Assembly (NCBI RefSeq): GCF_041956535.1 | Contig: NW_027192195.1 | Coordinates: forward strand, 941,762-1,005,761 | DNA: 64,000 nucleotides | Source: Calcarisporiella thermophila CBS 279.70 | Lineage: Eukaryota > Fungi > Calcarisporiellomycota | Direction: 5' to 3' | In this document: positions 15,820 through 28,737 of the stretch, one piece after another | Layout of the letters: every line of letters starts with the position of its first letter | Numbering within the stretch: position 1 is the first letter of the stretch | Made by a program: the position numbers and the translations under genes | The notes under the pieces: model-generated | Seen by the model: only the letters and a program-made list of their open reading frames with translations | Databases searched by the model: none | What the model was told of the DNA's origin: nothing

Positions 15820-17340
15820 TTACTCCAACCTGGATCGTTTGTGCGGTGAATCTATAAAGGAGGGAACAAGTTAGATAAAATTTTCTAAACTTGAGGCTCT
15901 CCTCGTTACACTCAATCTATAACATACCTTCATTATCTGAGGGAAGGACCCCTTCAAAAAAGTCGTCTTGTCGTCGCTTCAAATCCTGTACATCCAAATC
16001 GCTAAAGTCAATATCTGCGCATAATACCTCTTCATCTAGCGGGTCCGCGGACTTTCGGCTATGTCCAGAATCAGGTTCTAGCCTTGAGCCAGCGGAGCTA
16101 GGTTGATTTTGCTCGAATTCTACAAATAACCAGAAATCAATTTAGTTTAAAATATATGAAATTATTATACGAATATTAAATACCAGTATCGTAGGTATTC
16201 TGCTTCATCGTAGCTGGACTCTCATTTGCTTCCGTCCGTTTGGAAGGTGAAACAGAGATAGTGTGAGTAGAGGCTGATTCAGCTGTTGTTTTTGACGCGG
16301 CACTATTGGAGATTGTGAAGTTATGATCATGTCTGAGGATATCACCCACAGAGGACCTGTGCAAGGACGACGTGTCTCCATCAGCACTTCTACCAGAGGC
16401 ACCAGCGCCCTCCATCACCCTCGATTTTACTTTTCCGTCATCTTCGTCTGAAAAATCGTCAAGAACTATTGGGTTACCTTGATTTCCGCCTTAGATAAGA
16501 AAAAGGTTAGTTAGCAGGTAAGTTCGGAAATAAAGATAGCAAGAAAAAAATCGCCCCATACCTTGGTGAACAATGTTCTTCAATTTCCGTAACTGTGAGA
16601 AAGGTTTGGGTCGCATCTGCAACCTAATAACTAGGGGACCCACAAAATCTCGAATGTCGGATTCAAGCAGCTCAGCATATAGATCCATAATAGTGACAAA
16701 TTCGAAATTCAGTGAATCCGGATGCCCCTATAAGAATTAGGGAAATCAAAATTAGTAAGTAAAAATATAAAACAATTGTATTCGTTGAATCACATACCTC
16801 TACAAATGTAAGCTCCATACTGGGAATATCCAAGTAGGCGTATAGCTCTTCGCGCTGATGTGCGTCGGGGATAAATTTATGTTTGAGATAACGTATAGCC
16901 TCCTTTATACTGCACCTTAACAGTTGTTCACTTTCTTGTTCGTCCGCCACACCTTCCATACCGTGCATATTGGGTGTAAAGAGAGGGAGACTTAACTCCT
17001 GATACACAATTTGAATATCGAGATCTTGGGAGGTATTATCCTCCTCGTCTGCGAATGCGTCCTGATCATCTTCCACATCCACAGTTGTCTCCAAATTATC
17101 CGGATCTACTGGTTGAGAACTTACTGGGTGTGGAGATCTGGGAGACAAAGTAGATATCTCGTGTATATCTTTAGCTGCAGCAATAGGAGAAATGGGTGTC
17201 GTAGGAAACTCAGAGTGTATCTCCTTCGGATCAAATTCCTCTAAATTTACAACCTCTGTTGTAGATCCGCCCAGAGAATCAGGGAAACTCATTTCCGACG
17301 GAGATAAAAGATTTGGAATGGTTGTTTCAAGTGCAGTCAT
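15820..17340 (-). CDS. Acidic, probably nuclear protein with a DUF2420/Rmr1-like domain, multi-exon
   Basis: Acidic disordered arms flank IQIVYQELSLPLF...LDIPSMELTFVE|GHPD...GPLVIRLQMRPKPFSQLRKL, which resembles the DUF2420 pattern from memory; C-terminal DSPHKRSRLE is NLS-like. Confidence 0.6.
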
Positions 17341-17816
17341 GGGACGGGATGTGAGAGTGAGTTGCGATTTTACTAATACAGAACTGGGATTATCTTTTTT
17401 TTTTATCGTCAATGTTTGCTAGCGGTAAATATATGCCAAGATGACGAGCAGAAGATCCTGTTGGGTCTGAAACAGTGAGGACAAGGAATATAGCGCGAAT
17501 ATACTTTTCCTGATTTGATTATTTGGCTGAAGATTTGATTCGTCTTGCTGTAGCTGTGCTTCGAGGATGGGTGTTTGTGTCGATACGGCGTATGTGTATT
17601 CCTAAAGAGCTATCGAGAGGCAAACAGTAGTTAGTAGTAATCTGTCGGAATATAATGGCTAAGAAAAGAAAGAAAAAAAATAGACATTGGTGGGTTTTAA
17701 ATAAAAAATTTTCTGCCGGCGTCACAGGTAAACCAAATGATATGTGGCTTAGTGACTCTAACCACCTTTTCCATTTTGGAGTGAGCTCTTAAAATAAGCA
17801 ACATAAACTCTTGATC

Positions 17817-18168
17817 ATGCCTCTTGGAACTCGGATCGCAGATTACGTACATCGCTCATTTGTGCTTGTTCTAGCCGGAACAACAGGTATTTTTTATTCA
17901 TAATGGCTTAACGTTTAGTTTATCATAAGTTTCGAATGTTTTATCTATTTTTACAATAATAGTTTTCGGAGCGATCCAGCTTGGAGTACTCTTCAATGAA
18001 AACTTAAAGCGAAGAGCGGATATGAAAGTACAGAAGCAAGCGGTAAGCATGAACAAATATACTTCTATTTAATTGAGACCAAGTCAATGCTGAAATACTT
18101 GTAACTATCAGAACTCTATTAAAGAAGCACTAAATGCTGCCGATGACAAAGTCGCCGAATCTAAGTGA
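17817..18168 (+). CDS. COX14: Cytochrome c oxidase assembly factor Cox14-like microprotein (68 aa, 3 exons; absent from ORF track)
   Basis: Spliced MPLGTRIADYVHRSFVLVLAGTTVFGAIQLGVLFNENLKRRADMKVQKQANSIKEALNAADDKVAESK; AD.xHR plus one TM helix as in COX14; two canonical in-frame introns. Confidence 0.72.
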
Positions 18169-18594
18169 GAGATTTTAAAGGTCATTAGTCCTTTAGCATT
18201 TAAGCGCTATCTCTTGATGATGCGTCCCTAACAAATATTTCAAGAGTGTAAACTATTTCCCCTACCTTTCTAATAGATTTGCTTTATATATTCCATATAT
18301 TTTAGAAAATGTAAAAGTTAAGCTAATGAAAATACAATATCATAGAGAGAAAAGAATAATGAAGCGTTCATCAATATTTATTCGTGCATATCTGATTAGC
18401 AGCAATGTGCGATTAATGAAAATTATTGATGTATATACAGTATACTGTTTTAACCGGATTTCCTTGCTCCCGACCTTTTGGGCTTTCCGGTACATCATTC
18501 GCGGCGCAGTTTGCCGCCATTATGAATCGCGTAAAATTATTCTTAAAGAGAATTGAGCGTATTTTTGCATCGTTGGCATTGGAACTTGACCAAA

Positions 18595-20020
18595 ATGGCA
18601 ACCACTGATATACCCGAATTCCTACGTGACCAGCACATTTCATATTTCCGGCGCTGCTTAGTGATGTTGCCAACAGAATACGAAAGAGCGGAAACCACTC
18701 GGTTTGCATCCTAAGGACTAAATTGTTCAGCATTAAACTCTCATAATGCTTATTAACTTTTCATAGAATGACACTTTCCTACTTTGTTCTCGGAGGACTT
18801 AGCTTACTTGATGTTCTCGACAGTGTTATAACGCCAGAGCAGCGCAATGATTGGATCGAATGGATTTACTCTCAACAAGTACATGCGGATACAAGCGATC
18901 CAGGTACATCTTCAATTTCTTCTCCCTTTTTTTTTTCATTAGCGTGCTTCAGTGGCTCACACAATTCGAATTTTCACTGGTTGTATAGAGAGTATCAAGG
19001 CTTGCGGATTCCGTGGAAGCCCTTATTCCGGTGTACCTTTCGGTGTGCATAGTCCTTCCATCGGCCCTTACGACTGTGCCAATATCGCAATGACATACAC
19101 AGCACTGAATAACCTCTTGCTTTTGGGAGATGACTTATCGAGAATAGATCGTAAAGCTATTGTGGGTGCATTGCGGTATTTGCAGCATGAAAATGGCGGG
19201 TAAGCAATAGTTCAGTTCAACAGAAGATTACAGTATCAGGTTAATAACTGAAGTAACTTTAACAGATTTACCCCCACTTATAATAATCGTAATGAATGTG
19301 ACATACGTTTTCTCTATTGTGCTTGTGTGATTTCATATTTTCTTAATGACTGGAGCGGCATCGATATTGACCGTGCCGTTAATTTTGTGCTTTCTTGTCT
19401 CTCGTACGACTTTGGGTTCGGCCAGGAACCTGGGCAGGAGTCTCATGGTGGTCCTACCTACCTTGCCATTGCCTCTTTGCATCTAATGAACCGGATGAAT
19501 GATCTCGGACCATGGAGACGAGAACACATCTTACAGTGGTTGATGGAGAGACAAGTATCAGGATTCGAAGGAAGAGTGAATAAGCCGCCTGATACTTGCT
19601 ATTCCTTTTGGATAGGGGGGGCTCTAGATGTAACTTGACTATATTTCATAGTTCCTTCACTTTGTGGACTATACTTATCTCAAGCCTTTCTAACATAGAT
19701 ACTGGGTGCTTGGCGGATGATAGACTCCGAAGCAAATCATGCGTTCTTAATGCAAACGCAGTCCAAGCGGATTGGCGGCTTCAGCAAACTTCCCGAGATT
19801 CCCTATCCCGGTTAGATATCCATTTTGACTCCTCGTGTCATTCTAATATATTGCTTATCCATGCCTGGTCTCCTATATAGATGTTATGCATTCCTATTTG
19901 GGGATTGCTGGATTGGCCATTATTCGCACGCCAAATATTGTAGAGCTGGATTGTGCTGTAAATTTGCCTCGAAAAACTGTAGAGTGGGCAAAAAAAACAA
20001 TTCCATTTTGGAGGAAGTAA
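18595..20020 (+). CDS. CDC43: Geranylgeranyltransferase type I beta subunit
   Basis: RMTLSYFVLGGL, GFRGSP, ANIAMTYTAL, LGDDLSR, ECDIRFLYCA, ESHGGPTY, GRVNKPPDTCYSFWIGG, DVMHSYLG. Confidence 0.93.
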
Positions 20021-20333
20021 CTCGCTTGCTTCAAGGGTAGGATGAGTTATAAATCAACCTTTTTATTATATTGTAATTATTAAATTCCACTGTTTTCTAA
20101 ACGGGAATACCTCTCTGCATTTGATAAAAGAGTAATTAAAGCACCTCGTACGATTTGATGCAATTGGTTTTGAAGACAGAATTATTTGAGCACTTTAATA
20201 ATATTTTCTCTGGCACAACAACCATATTCAAATGATTCGAGGAGGCATAGTAGCGAGCTATGCTGTTGCCCAACCCATTTTCTGTTAATCATGGTATCCA
20301 TAGGAATAAGATCGAAAAACTAGAAATCAGCCA

Positions 20334-21019
20334 TTATTGAAAGTAGGCTGGCGGTGGTTCGTTCAACTCGACTACCGAGCAATAAGGCGGCAATGGCTCG
20401 TCTCTTTGCTCTGTGACTTCAAGTCGATAGGACCAATCCCGTTTATTTTCGACAAGTCGCCATGTTAGTCCCAGCTGAAAATCCTGGTGCTCGAAGAGCT
20501 TTAACAGGGCCTCGAGTCTCTCTTTAAACTACAGTGAATAGTGAGATGAGTAAAATAACTAGAGATTAAGAACGGCCAAACATTTACATTGTTCATTCGG
20601 CGAGTAATGGACCAGCGCTCCATCCAAAGCATCCCCAGGACAATAAAAGAGACGAATATTAGTAGATAGACTAATATTCGTAGCTTGGTGCTGGTAACAA
20701 GTATGCCGGTGGCAAGAATTAGTCCAGAACTAATGGCGAGATAGATCAAACTCAGGCGATCGGTGGGGCATTGACTAGCGGCGGTTTGAAGGCGTTCGAT
20801 GCGGTGGTTCAATTCATCTTGTCCGAGCTTGAGAACGAAAGCGCATAATAAATACTTTGCTAGTTAGCGGAGAGGGAGTGTGTGTTTTTTCTTTACTTTT
20901 TGGACAAGAATGGCGTTGGCGCTAGAATCTTGCACATCGAAGTAGGGATAGCGCACACGAAGGGACGGACGCTTAAGCCTCCAGGAGGTAAGCACATGGC
21001 AGTCAGCATTCTCCCGCAT
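20334..21019 (-). CDS. Two-TM protein with twin C-terminal PY motifs, tandem paralog A
   Basis: Three exons: MRENADCHVLTSWRLKRPSLRVRYPYFD...QK | LGQDELNHRIERLQ...TM-TM...ERWSITRRMNN | FKERLEALL...EPLPPYCSVVELNEPPPAYFQ*. Start codon uncertain. Confidence 0.8.
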
Positions 21020-21520
21020 TTTTGTAGTGCCATCACTACCCTGAAGGAGTGGGGATAAAGAATAAGTCCATCTCAAGAAGGGGAAAACAAAAGAAGGGAT
21101 TTATATAGTAGACGAATGCGAACGTTCGTGAAACACACCCTAATCCCATTTTGTTAGGGTTGCAAAACAAATTTTAAACAAAAGGGATATTTTTGTAAAG
21201 AGCCGTTTGGATAACTCTATGTAGGTACCCTGCGCAAAACACAGCACGTACACCTTATCTAATTGTTTCAAACCATACAGTTTGCAAACGCCAGCGGATA
21301 TCCCCTACACAACATTCAGGGTGCTATTACACAAAAGCAGTCAGATGGGCGCATATTCATTATTCCGAAATATGCTTAAAGTGGAAAACTTCAATTGAGG
21401 GAATTGACAGTTTGTTTATAGTCATAGCTCGACGCTTTATTTTTCCCACAATCAAAAGATTATCGTTTATTAATTAGTATTTGCACCGAGCAGACTATCC
21501 TTCTCCCCCTATAGACTCAT

Positions 21521-22211
21521 TCATGGGGTGTAATCCGGGGGCTCCTCGCTCGTTTCTACAGTCAAGCAGTAGCGTGGCAAATGTTCTTCAGCATCACTTT
21601 CTAAGACCCTAATATAATAGGCTTGCTCTTTACTAATATATTCTAGGCACCATTTAAGACGGATGGGATAGTCAAGTTCTTCGAATGTTATCAGCACGAG
21701 CTCGAGTTTCTCTTTGAACTAGTTTTTGCCCCAGTGTATTAGGAAACGGAAACGGAAACGAAAAATAAAAAGGATTACTTACTTTTTTATTCCTGAGAGG
21801 AAGCTTCAGCCTCTCAACGCCCAGAACTAGAAAAAATATAAAGGCTATACTAAGCAGAACGTATAGAGCGATGCGCAGCTTCGCGTTTGTTGCAACAATG
21901 CCTGCGGCAAGCGTAAGAACAGATCCTGCCGTCAGTAGGACCAGTGTTGGGCGGTCCGTTGGACAGGTTTTCGCTAGAGCCTGGAGCCTGTCAATGCGTT
22001 CACGGAGGGCGACTTGGCCAAGCTTTATGCAAAAATATCATGTTAAAAGGATAAATTATTACAATAGCTCGAAATGGGCAAGTCTTACCTTTGTAAGGAT
22101 CAAAGTGCTCTCTTCCGAACCGATGTCGAAATAGGGCTTTTTTAGCGTGAAACTCTTGCATACTAACTTCCATGAGGCAAGTGTTCCACTCTCCTCGATC
22201 ACTTCCAACAT
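21521..22211 (-). CDS. Two-TM protein with twin C-terminal PY motifs, tandem paralog B (mostly missed by ORF track)
   Basis: Three exons: MLEVIEESGTLASWKLV...KPYFD...TK | LGQVALRERIDRLQALAKTCPTDR...ERLKLPLRNKK | FKEKLELVL...EHLPRYCLTVETSEEPPDYTP*. Confidence 0.8.
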
Positions 22212-22635
22212 AAGTAGTGGGAGAGAAACTAGAAGGGAGACCTTCGATACCCTCACGGCCTTGATATATATTTACGTTCATATTCAAGTCCCATTTCACG
22301 AGCATGACACATTTTCAATACCAAACCCTAAATTGCGCAATTTTTTCGAGTATTAATTTTAGCTGCAAATTGGCATGCCGATGCCAATCTGCTCCTCATT
22401 CTCAGAAGTTGACCGACTCTAAATTTCTACAAAAGGAACATGGAGACTGCAGCTTTTGATATGCAAAATATGATATGATTATTAAAATGGAAGCCTTAAC
22501 AAAGAGATTACACTAATACAAACGAAGAATACAAAATACAACGAAACAGATACCATTTCCTTGCTCTGTAATGACAAACCACGGCCAAAGCTCATCTTAC
22601 TATTCCCCATGATTGTGGCAACATCTTTTGCGGAC

Positions 22636-23358
22636 TTAGGGAGTGTAATTTGGTAATGTTTCCCCTACTTCCATGACACAATACGGCGGCAATGGCTCTA
22701 CAGCTTCATCGTCTATAGCTATTGTTTCGGTGCTTTCAGAGATTTTGACAACACATATCGGCACTTTTTCATCGTAACTGAGCTCCCACTTTAAACTCGC
22801 TTGGGAAAGTTCATATTGATTAAATGTGGATAGCAGCTCTTCCATTTTTATTCTAAACTTTTTTAACCTTTCTAGTTAGCACAAAAAGCCAGGTAAATAA
22901 ATACAAAATCAACGCTTACCGTCTTTCTTCTTCGCGGTAATAACCATCGCTCCAACCCCAGTGTAACAAACCAGATGCCTGCAATCGCCATTAAACCGTA
23001 TGCTGCAAGTTTCATATCGTTATGTCCTAATAGCACGATGGATGAGGCCAGAGACCCCGTTCCTATAAGTAGGAACAGGAAACTGAGACGATTCGTGGGA
23101 TAGGCTGCTGCCATGGACTGAAGACGTGAAATGCGGTTGTCATAGATAGGCTGCTCGAGCTTAAGAGAGGGAGAAGGAGGGAGGGAGAAACAAAAAAAGT
23201 GCTATTAGTCAGAGAGAACTACCTATATGCTACCAAGCAACATTTACTCTATCGAGCAGAACTGCTCGGCGGCTCTTCTCCAAATCATAGAAACATGGGG
23301 TGAGTAGACCAAAGTACGGCCGTACTAACTGCCAGGACGCTATAGTGTTTCTGCACAT
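22636..23358 (-). CDS. Two-TM protein with twin C-terminal PY motifs, tandem paralog C
   Basis: Three exons: MCRNTIASWQLVRP...DR | LEQPIYDNRISRLQSMAAAYPTNR...ERWLLPRRRKT | FRIKMEELL...EPLPPYCVMEVGETLPNYTP*. Confidence 0.8.
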
Positions 23359-23763
23359 GATTCTATCTATATCCAAGGTCAAGCAGCTAGGAGGTAAAGG
23401 AGGCGAGTGCGTCTCAGATTGAGTAATAACGCTGGTATAGTAAGAAATTAATATATATATACTCCAAATAGATCTAAATCGAGACAAAATCGCGCAAAGT
23501 TGTACACGGTAAAAATTGTAAGTGTGACACATTGGTTTTGGAGGTTGCGGAAAAATACGCGAGCAAGCATCTCACAACGAGGGCCGTGAAAAACCATCTT
23601 CTGAAAGGGCCACGCAAAAATTTCAGTCGGCTTAGAAATAAGTGTACATCACCGACGAATAAGTGTTGAATAGGAAAAAAAAATGGTGCTCAACCCTCGT
23701 ATATTAGCAGAAATTACTGCGCAAAGCGTTCCACTAAAAGGCCACACAAACCGGACTAGGAGA

Positions 23764-23858
23764 GGGCCGTGAAAACCTCTCGATGGGCCGTGAAATATCT
23801 TGATGGGCCATGAAAACATCTCAAAGGGCCATGAAAATATCTAAATGGGCCATGAAAA
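23764..23858. repeat. Tandem array of five ~21-bp units with core GGGCCRTGAAA
   Basis: Cores start at 23764, 23785, 23805, 23826, 23847; isolated copies at 23581 and (degenerate) 23607. Confidence 0.9.
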
Positions 23859-24294
23859 GAACTTTAAGGAACGATTCATCTAATGGTTTGCTTAGTCATA
23901 GACGACAGTAGAGGAATCACTCGTGCAAAGGGAATAAATGACGCATAAAAGTTCGTCCATTTTATGAGCCATAAGGAGAGCTGATTCCAGAAAAGAACCC
24001 TCGTGGATAGGATTTGAGAGCCACGAGATTGCTAGTTCGGTGAAAGTTATACTTCAACTGAAGGAGTTGAGGGGAACAAATCAAGATCAATACCATTTTA
24101 AAAAATAATAAAACAAAGTCCGTAGTTTATGAAAGTGAAAAAAAAAAGATCATGCAACAATAACAAGAGAAAGGCACTAAGGAAATATACAGAAAAAAAA
24201 AGAGCCCGTGAAATATTTAATAGAAGATATTAGCACAAGAAAGTGAAATATGGGTGAATATTGGTATCTAAAGAGAGAATATAAAAGTCTCAGC

Positions 24295-25894
<1,600 letters not shown>

Positions 25895-25979
25895 TTAGTT
25901 GAGCAGAATTGCTATGCTGTAATGGAAAACCGAGAAAGAAAGGATCTGTGAAGTAAATGCTATATTGCAATTATTATTT

Positions 25980-26056
25980 TTTTCGTGAGACCCCAATGGC
26001 TTTGATTTTTTCGCGTCGAATGAAATAAACCTATTGCTATTTTTCGCGTTTTCGTG
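25980..26056 (-). promoter_or_regulatory. Four SCB-type cell-cycle boxes (CRCGAAAA) in the CDC7 promoter
   Basis: TTTTCGTG at 25980 and 26049, TTTTCGCG at 26008 and 26041; all in one orientation, 86-162 bp upstream of the ATG. Confidence 0.7.
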
Positions 26057-27042
26057 TTATTTTATTTTAATATTTTTTATTTTATTTCATAGGGGCAACA
26101 CCGTTTTAATAACCTAAATGCCCGAATTTTCTTTGAAGAATATGTAAAGAATCTGGTCACCAGTTGTAGCCTTCAAAGATCTGGCAGGAGGAGCAAATCT
26201 GGATGAAGAGTGCGAGATTATAAGACTTGAGAGAGTTATAATTGAATCTCCTCAGACTGTAATCCTCAACTGAATTAGCTCTAGATATGAAACTGGAAAT
26301 TACAAAAGACATGCTGCCATGAAGCAAAATCAAGAATTCGAGGTTGCTGTCAACGCGTCCTCTCCACTTACTAGAGTAGAGCACATTATTTGAAACTGCC
26401 CTTGGACAGAGAATCGAAGATTGAATCCCCCACAAAATATTCGTATATCCCCTGTTTTTTAGTTGTTTTTATTGTCATTGTCATCATTTGAGAACAAATT
26501 AGCATTTGTTTTCAAATATGTTTTAAAACTATTATTATGGGACAATTGACCTTAGCCGTGGTTATATCTGGTCGGTTCAAATGGCTCCACTTCAAGGGTA
26601 TGTCCTGTACTAAACGTGAGGCCGATGCATGGCCCATTCTAAACATCAACACTGGAGGAATGAAGAGTTTGCACAGTGCAGATGTAGAGATTCAGTGCAT
26701 CCTCCGTTTGTATTAATGCAGATGATACACTTAAAATATTGGAGGATGCGTTAATGCATCCAGATTTTCCCAAAGATTCGTTTGAATTACCTAAAGCGGG
26801 CAGTGCGAATTATTAACGGATTTCCCATTCTCTCATGGCTTATGAATCTGAGCAAGTAGAAATCAGCAAATCCGAACCCCAAAACGGGCGATGAAGAGCA
26901 GTTTTTCAATACACACCTAATCACCAGAACATATCCGTCATTCCTCTCTAAACCAGTATTCTCTTCTCTCTCCATCTCCAGTATTACATTTCCAGAACAT
27001 ATCATTTCTAACGGCCTTTGTGACTCTTGCAATTTTTGGAAA

Positions 27043-28407
27043 ATGTCCACTTTTACCCACGAATTTGTTTGGCCGTCCTCCTCCCCAGAGACCGTGATCG
27101 TGACGGGCTCATTTGATAATTGGTCCAAGAGCACATATCTGACGCGTGAAGAGGATCGTTTTGCGCGCACAATTGAGCTGAAGCATGCCCAGGCTGTTGA
27201 CGGTAAAATACATTTCAAATATATAGTGGACGGAGAGTGGCGTGTCGACTCTTCGCAACCCCAGGATAAGGATGAGAAAAACAATGAAAACAACTATTTG
27301 GTTGTGCCGGAATTGATAGAGAATGAAAAAATGGGTAGGACATAATTTTCTTTTATCTTGTTGGCTTTTTTCAGCGTATTAATGCAATTGTTCATAGATA
27401 ACGAAGAGAAATTGGTACCACTGCCTATTTCGCCTCTCGCGCCTGAGACGATCTCGACTGAGGTTGTTCCAGAACCCGTAAACGGAAAGACGCCTTCGCC
27501 GCAGCTCCCACCTCTGCCTATCGTACCCCTCGCGCCTGAAATGATTTCCACCGATGCTCCTACGGACAATGCAAATGATAAGGCCTCCGAATCCCAACTT
27601 CCTCCTCTACCTGTGCTGCCACTTGCTCCCGAAACTATTTTACCCGCTTCTACAGAAAAAGAGGCCTCTGAATCGGATTTGAAGCCTCTTGGAGTTGCAC
27701 CTATTGCTCCCGAAGGCACCGTTCCGCCTGTTGCAGAAAAAGCGGGGGTGACTCATGACGATATCAAAGCAGCAGTGGAAGCGGAGGAGAGGGGCGAAAA
27801 CGTGGATTCTGTAAAGGAGAGATTGGAAAAGGTGTCTGCCGACAACAATAATCAACCTCAGCCCGAATTGAAACCTCTAGGGGTTGTGCCGATTGCTCCT
27901 GAGGGCGCAGTTCCTCCTATTGCGGAGAAGGCAGGACTCTCTCACGAAGAAATCCAAGCTGCAGTAGAAGCAGAGCAACGCGGGGAAAGTGTGGAGGAGG
28001 TATTATCGAAACTAGAAAGTGATAAAAAGGGCATCGAGAATGGGGACCCGTCCAATACCAATGAGCAATCTGGATTGAACGCATCTAAAGATAACAAATC
28101 TCGCGCTCCTGTGGAGTCAACCGAGGCAACGAGTGCCTCACTACCCCCTGCCGAAATGCCTTTCCCAGCAGATCTTACTAAGACTGCCGAGCCATCTACT
28201 GCACCTATCAAAGTACCAGAGAAGAGGGCGGAGGCTCCTTCAGCACCCGAAGGAACCAAGTCTGCTGAGACGGCAGCTACTTCTGCCGTTACTAGCCCTC
28301 CTCAAAACGCGACCTCCGAAAACCCAAATCCGGAGCCGGGGCAGCAACAAAAGTCCCCATCCAAGTTGAAGGATTTCTTCAGAAAGTTGATAACTTGTAG
28401 TTTCTAA
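27043..28407 (+). CDS. Crp1/Mdg1-like protein: N-terminal AMPK-beta type glycogen-binding (CBM48) domain plus low-complexity tail
   Basis: FVWPSSSPETVIVTGSFDNWS, FKYIVDGEW, NENNYL; one intron ~27334-27397; C-terminal amphipathic KLKDFFRKL. Confidence 0.85.
27418..28010 (+). repeat. Intragenic repeats: 3x PLPxxPLAPE and 2x ~63-aa KPLGVxPIAPEG...AAVEAExRGExV unit
   Basis: Long units start at 27682 and 27871 (189 nt apart); visible in the translation. Confidence 0.85.
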
Positions 28408-28737
28408 ACAAACACTTAATAATTCATGGACGGATCTTATGCGTTATTTGATTCAATCCTTATTAATTAGTTGGCCTATATGATGGTTATTGTTTTTTTC
28501 CTCTTTTTTTTGTCTTGTTTGGAATCCTTTCCATGTCTTGCTTTAATTCCTATCCACACACATTTTACGCTTATGCTTTTATGCAAGATATAATGTTAAT
28601 GATATATTTATTTCTCTTTCGCCCATTATTATAATATATTGTCGAAAGTTCTCCTGTACCGGTCTGCCTATTATCATTCCCATTCAAATATAGTAAAGAT
28701 GGTAAGAAACAAAGAGTCCCTAGAGATGTTTTTTATG

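Noticed and set aside
23764-23858. CRISPR-like repeat-spacer appearance
   Set aside because: Core is 11 bp and the linkers are ~10 bp and similar to each other; eukaryotic context with no cas genes.
26150-26460. Coding-like plus-strand stretch interrupted by TGA stops
   Set aside because: No recognisable homology, start codon or splice structure; cannot support a pseudogene or TE call.
28393-28407. C-terminal TCSF as a CaaX prenylation box
   Set aside because: Cys is third from the end, not fourth.
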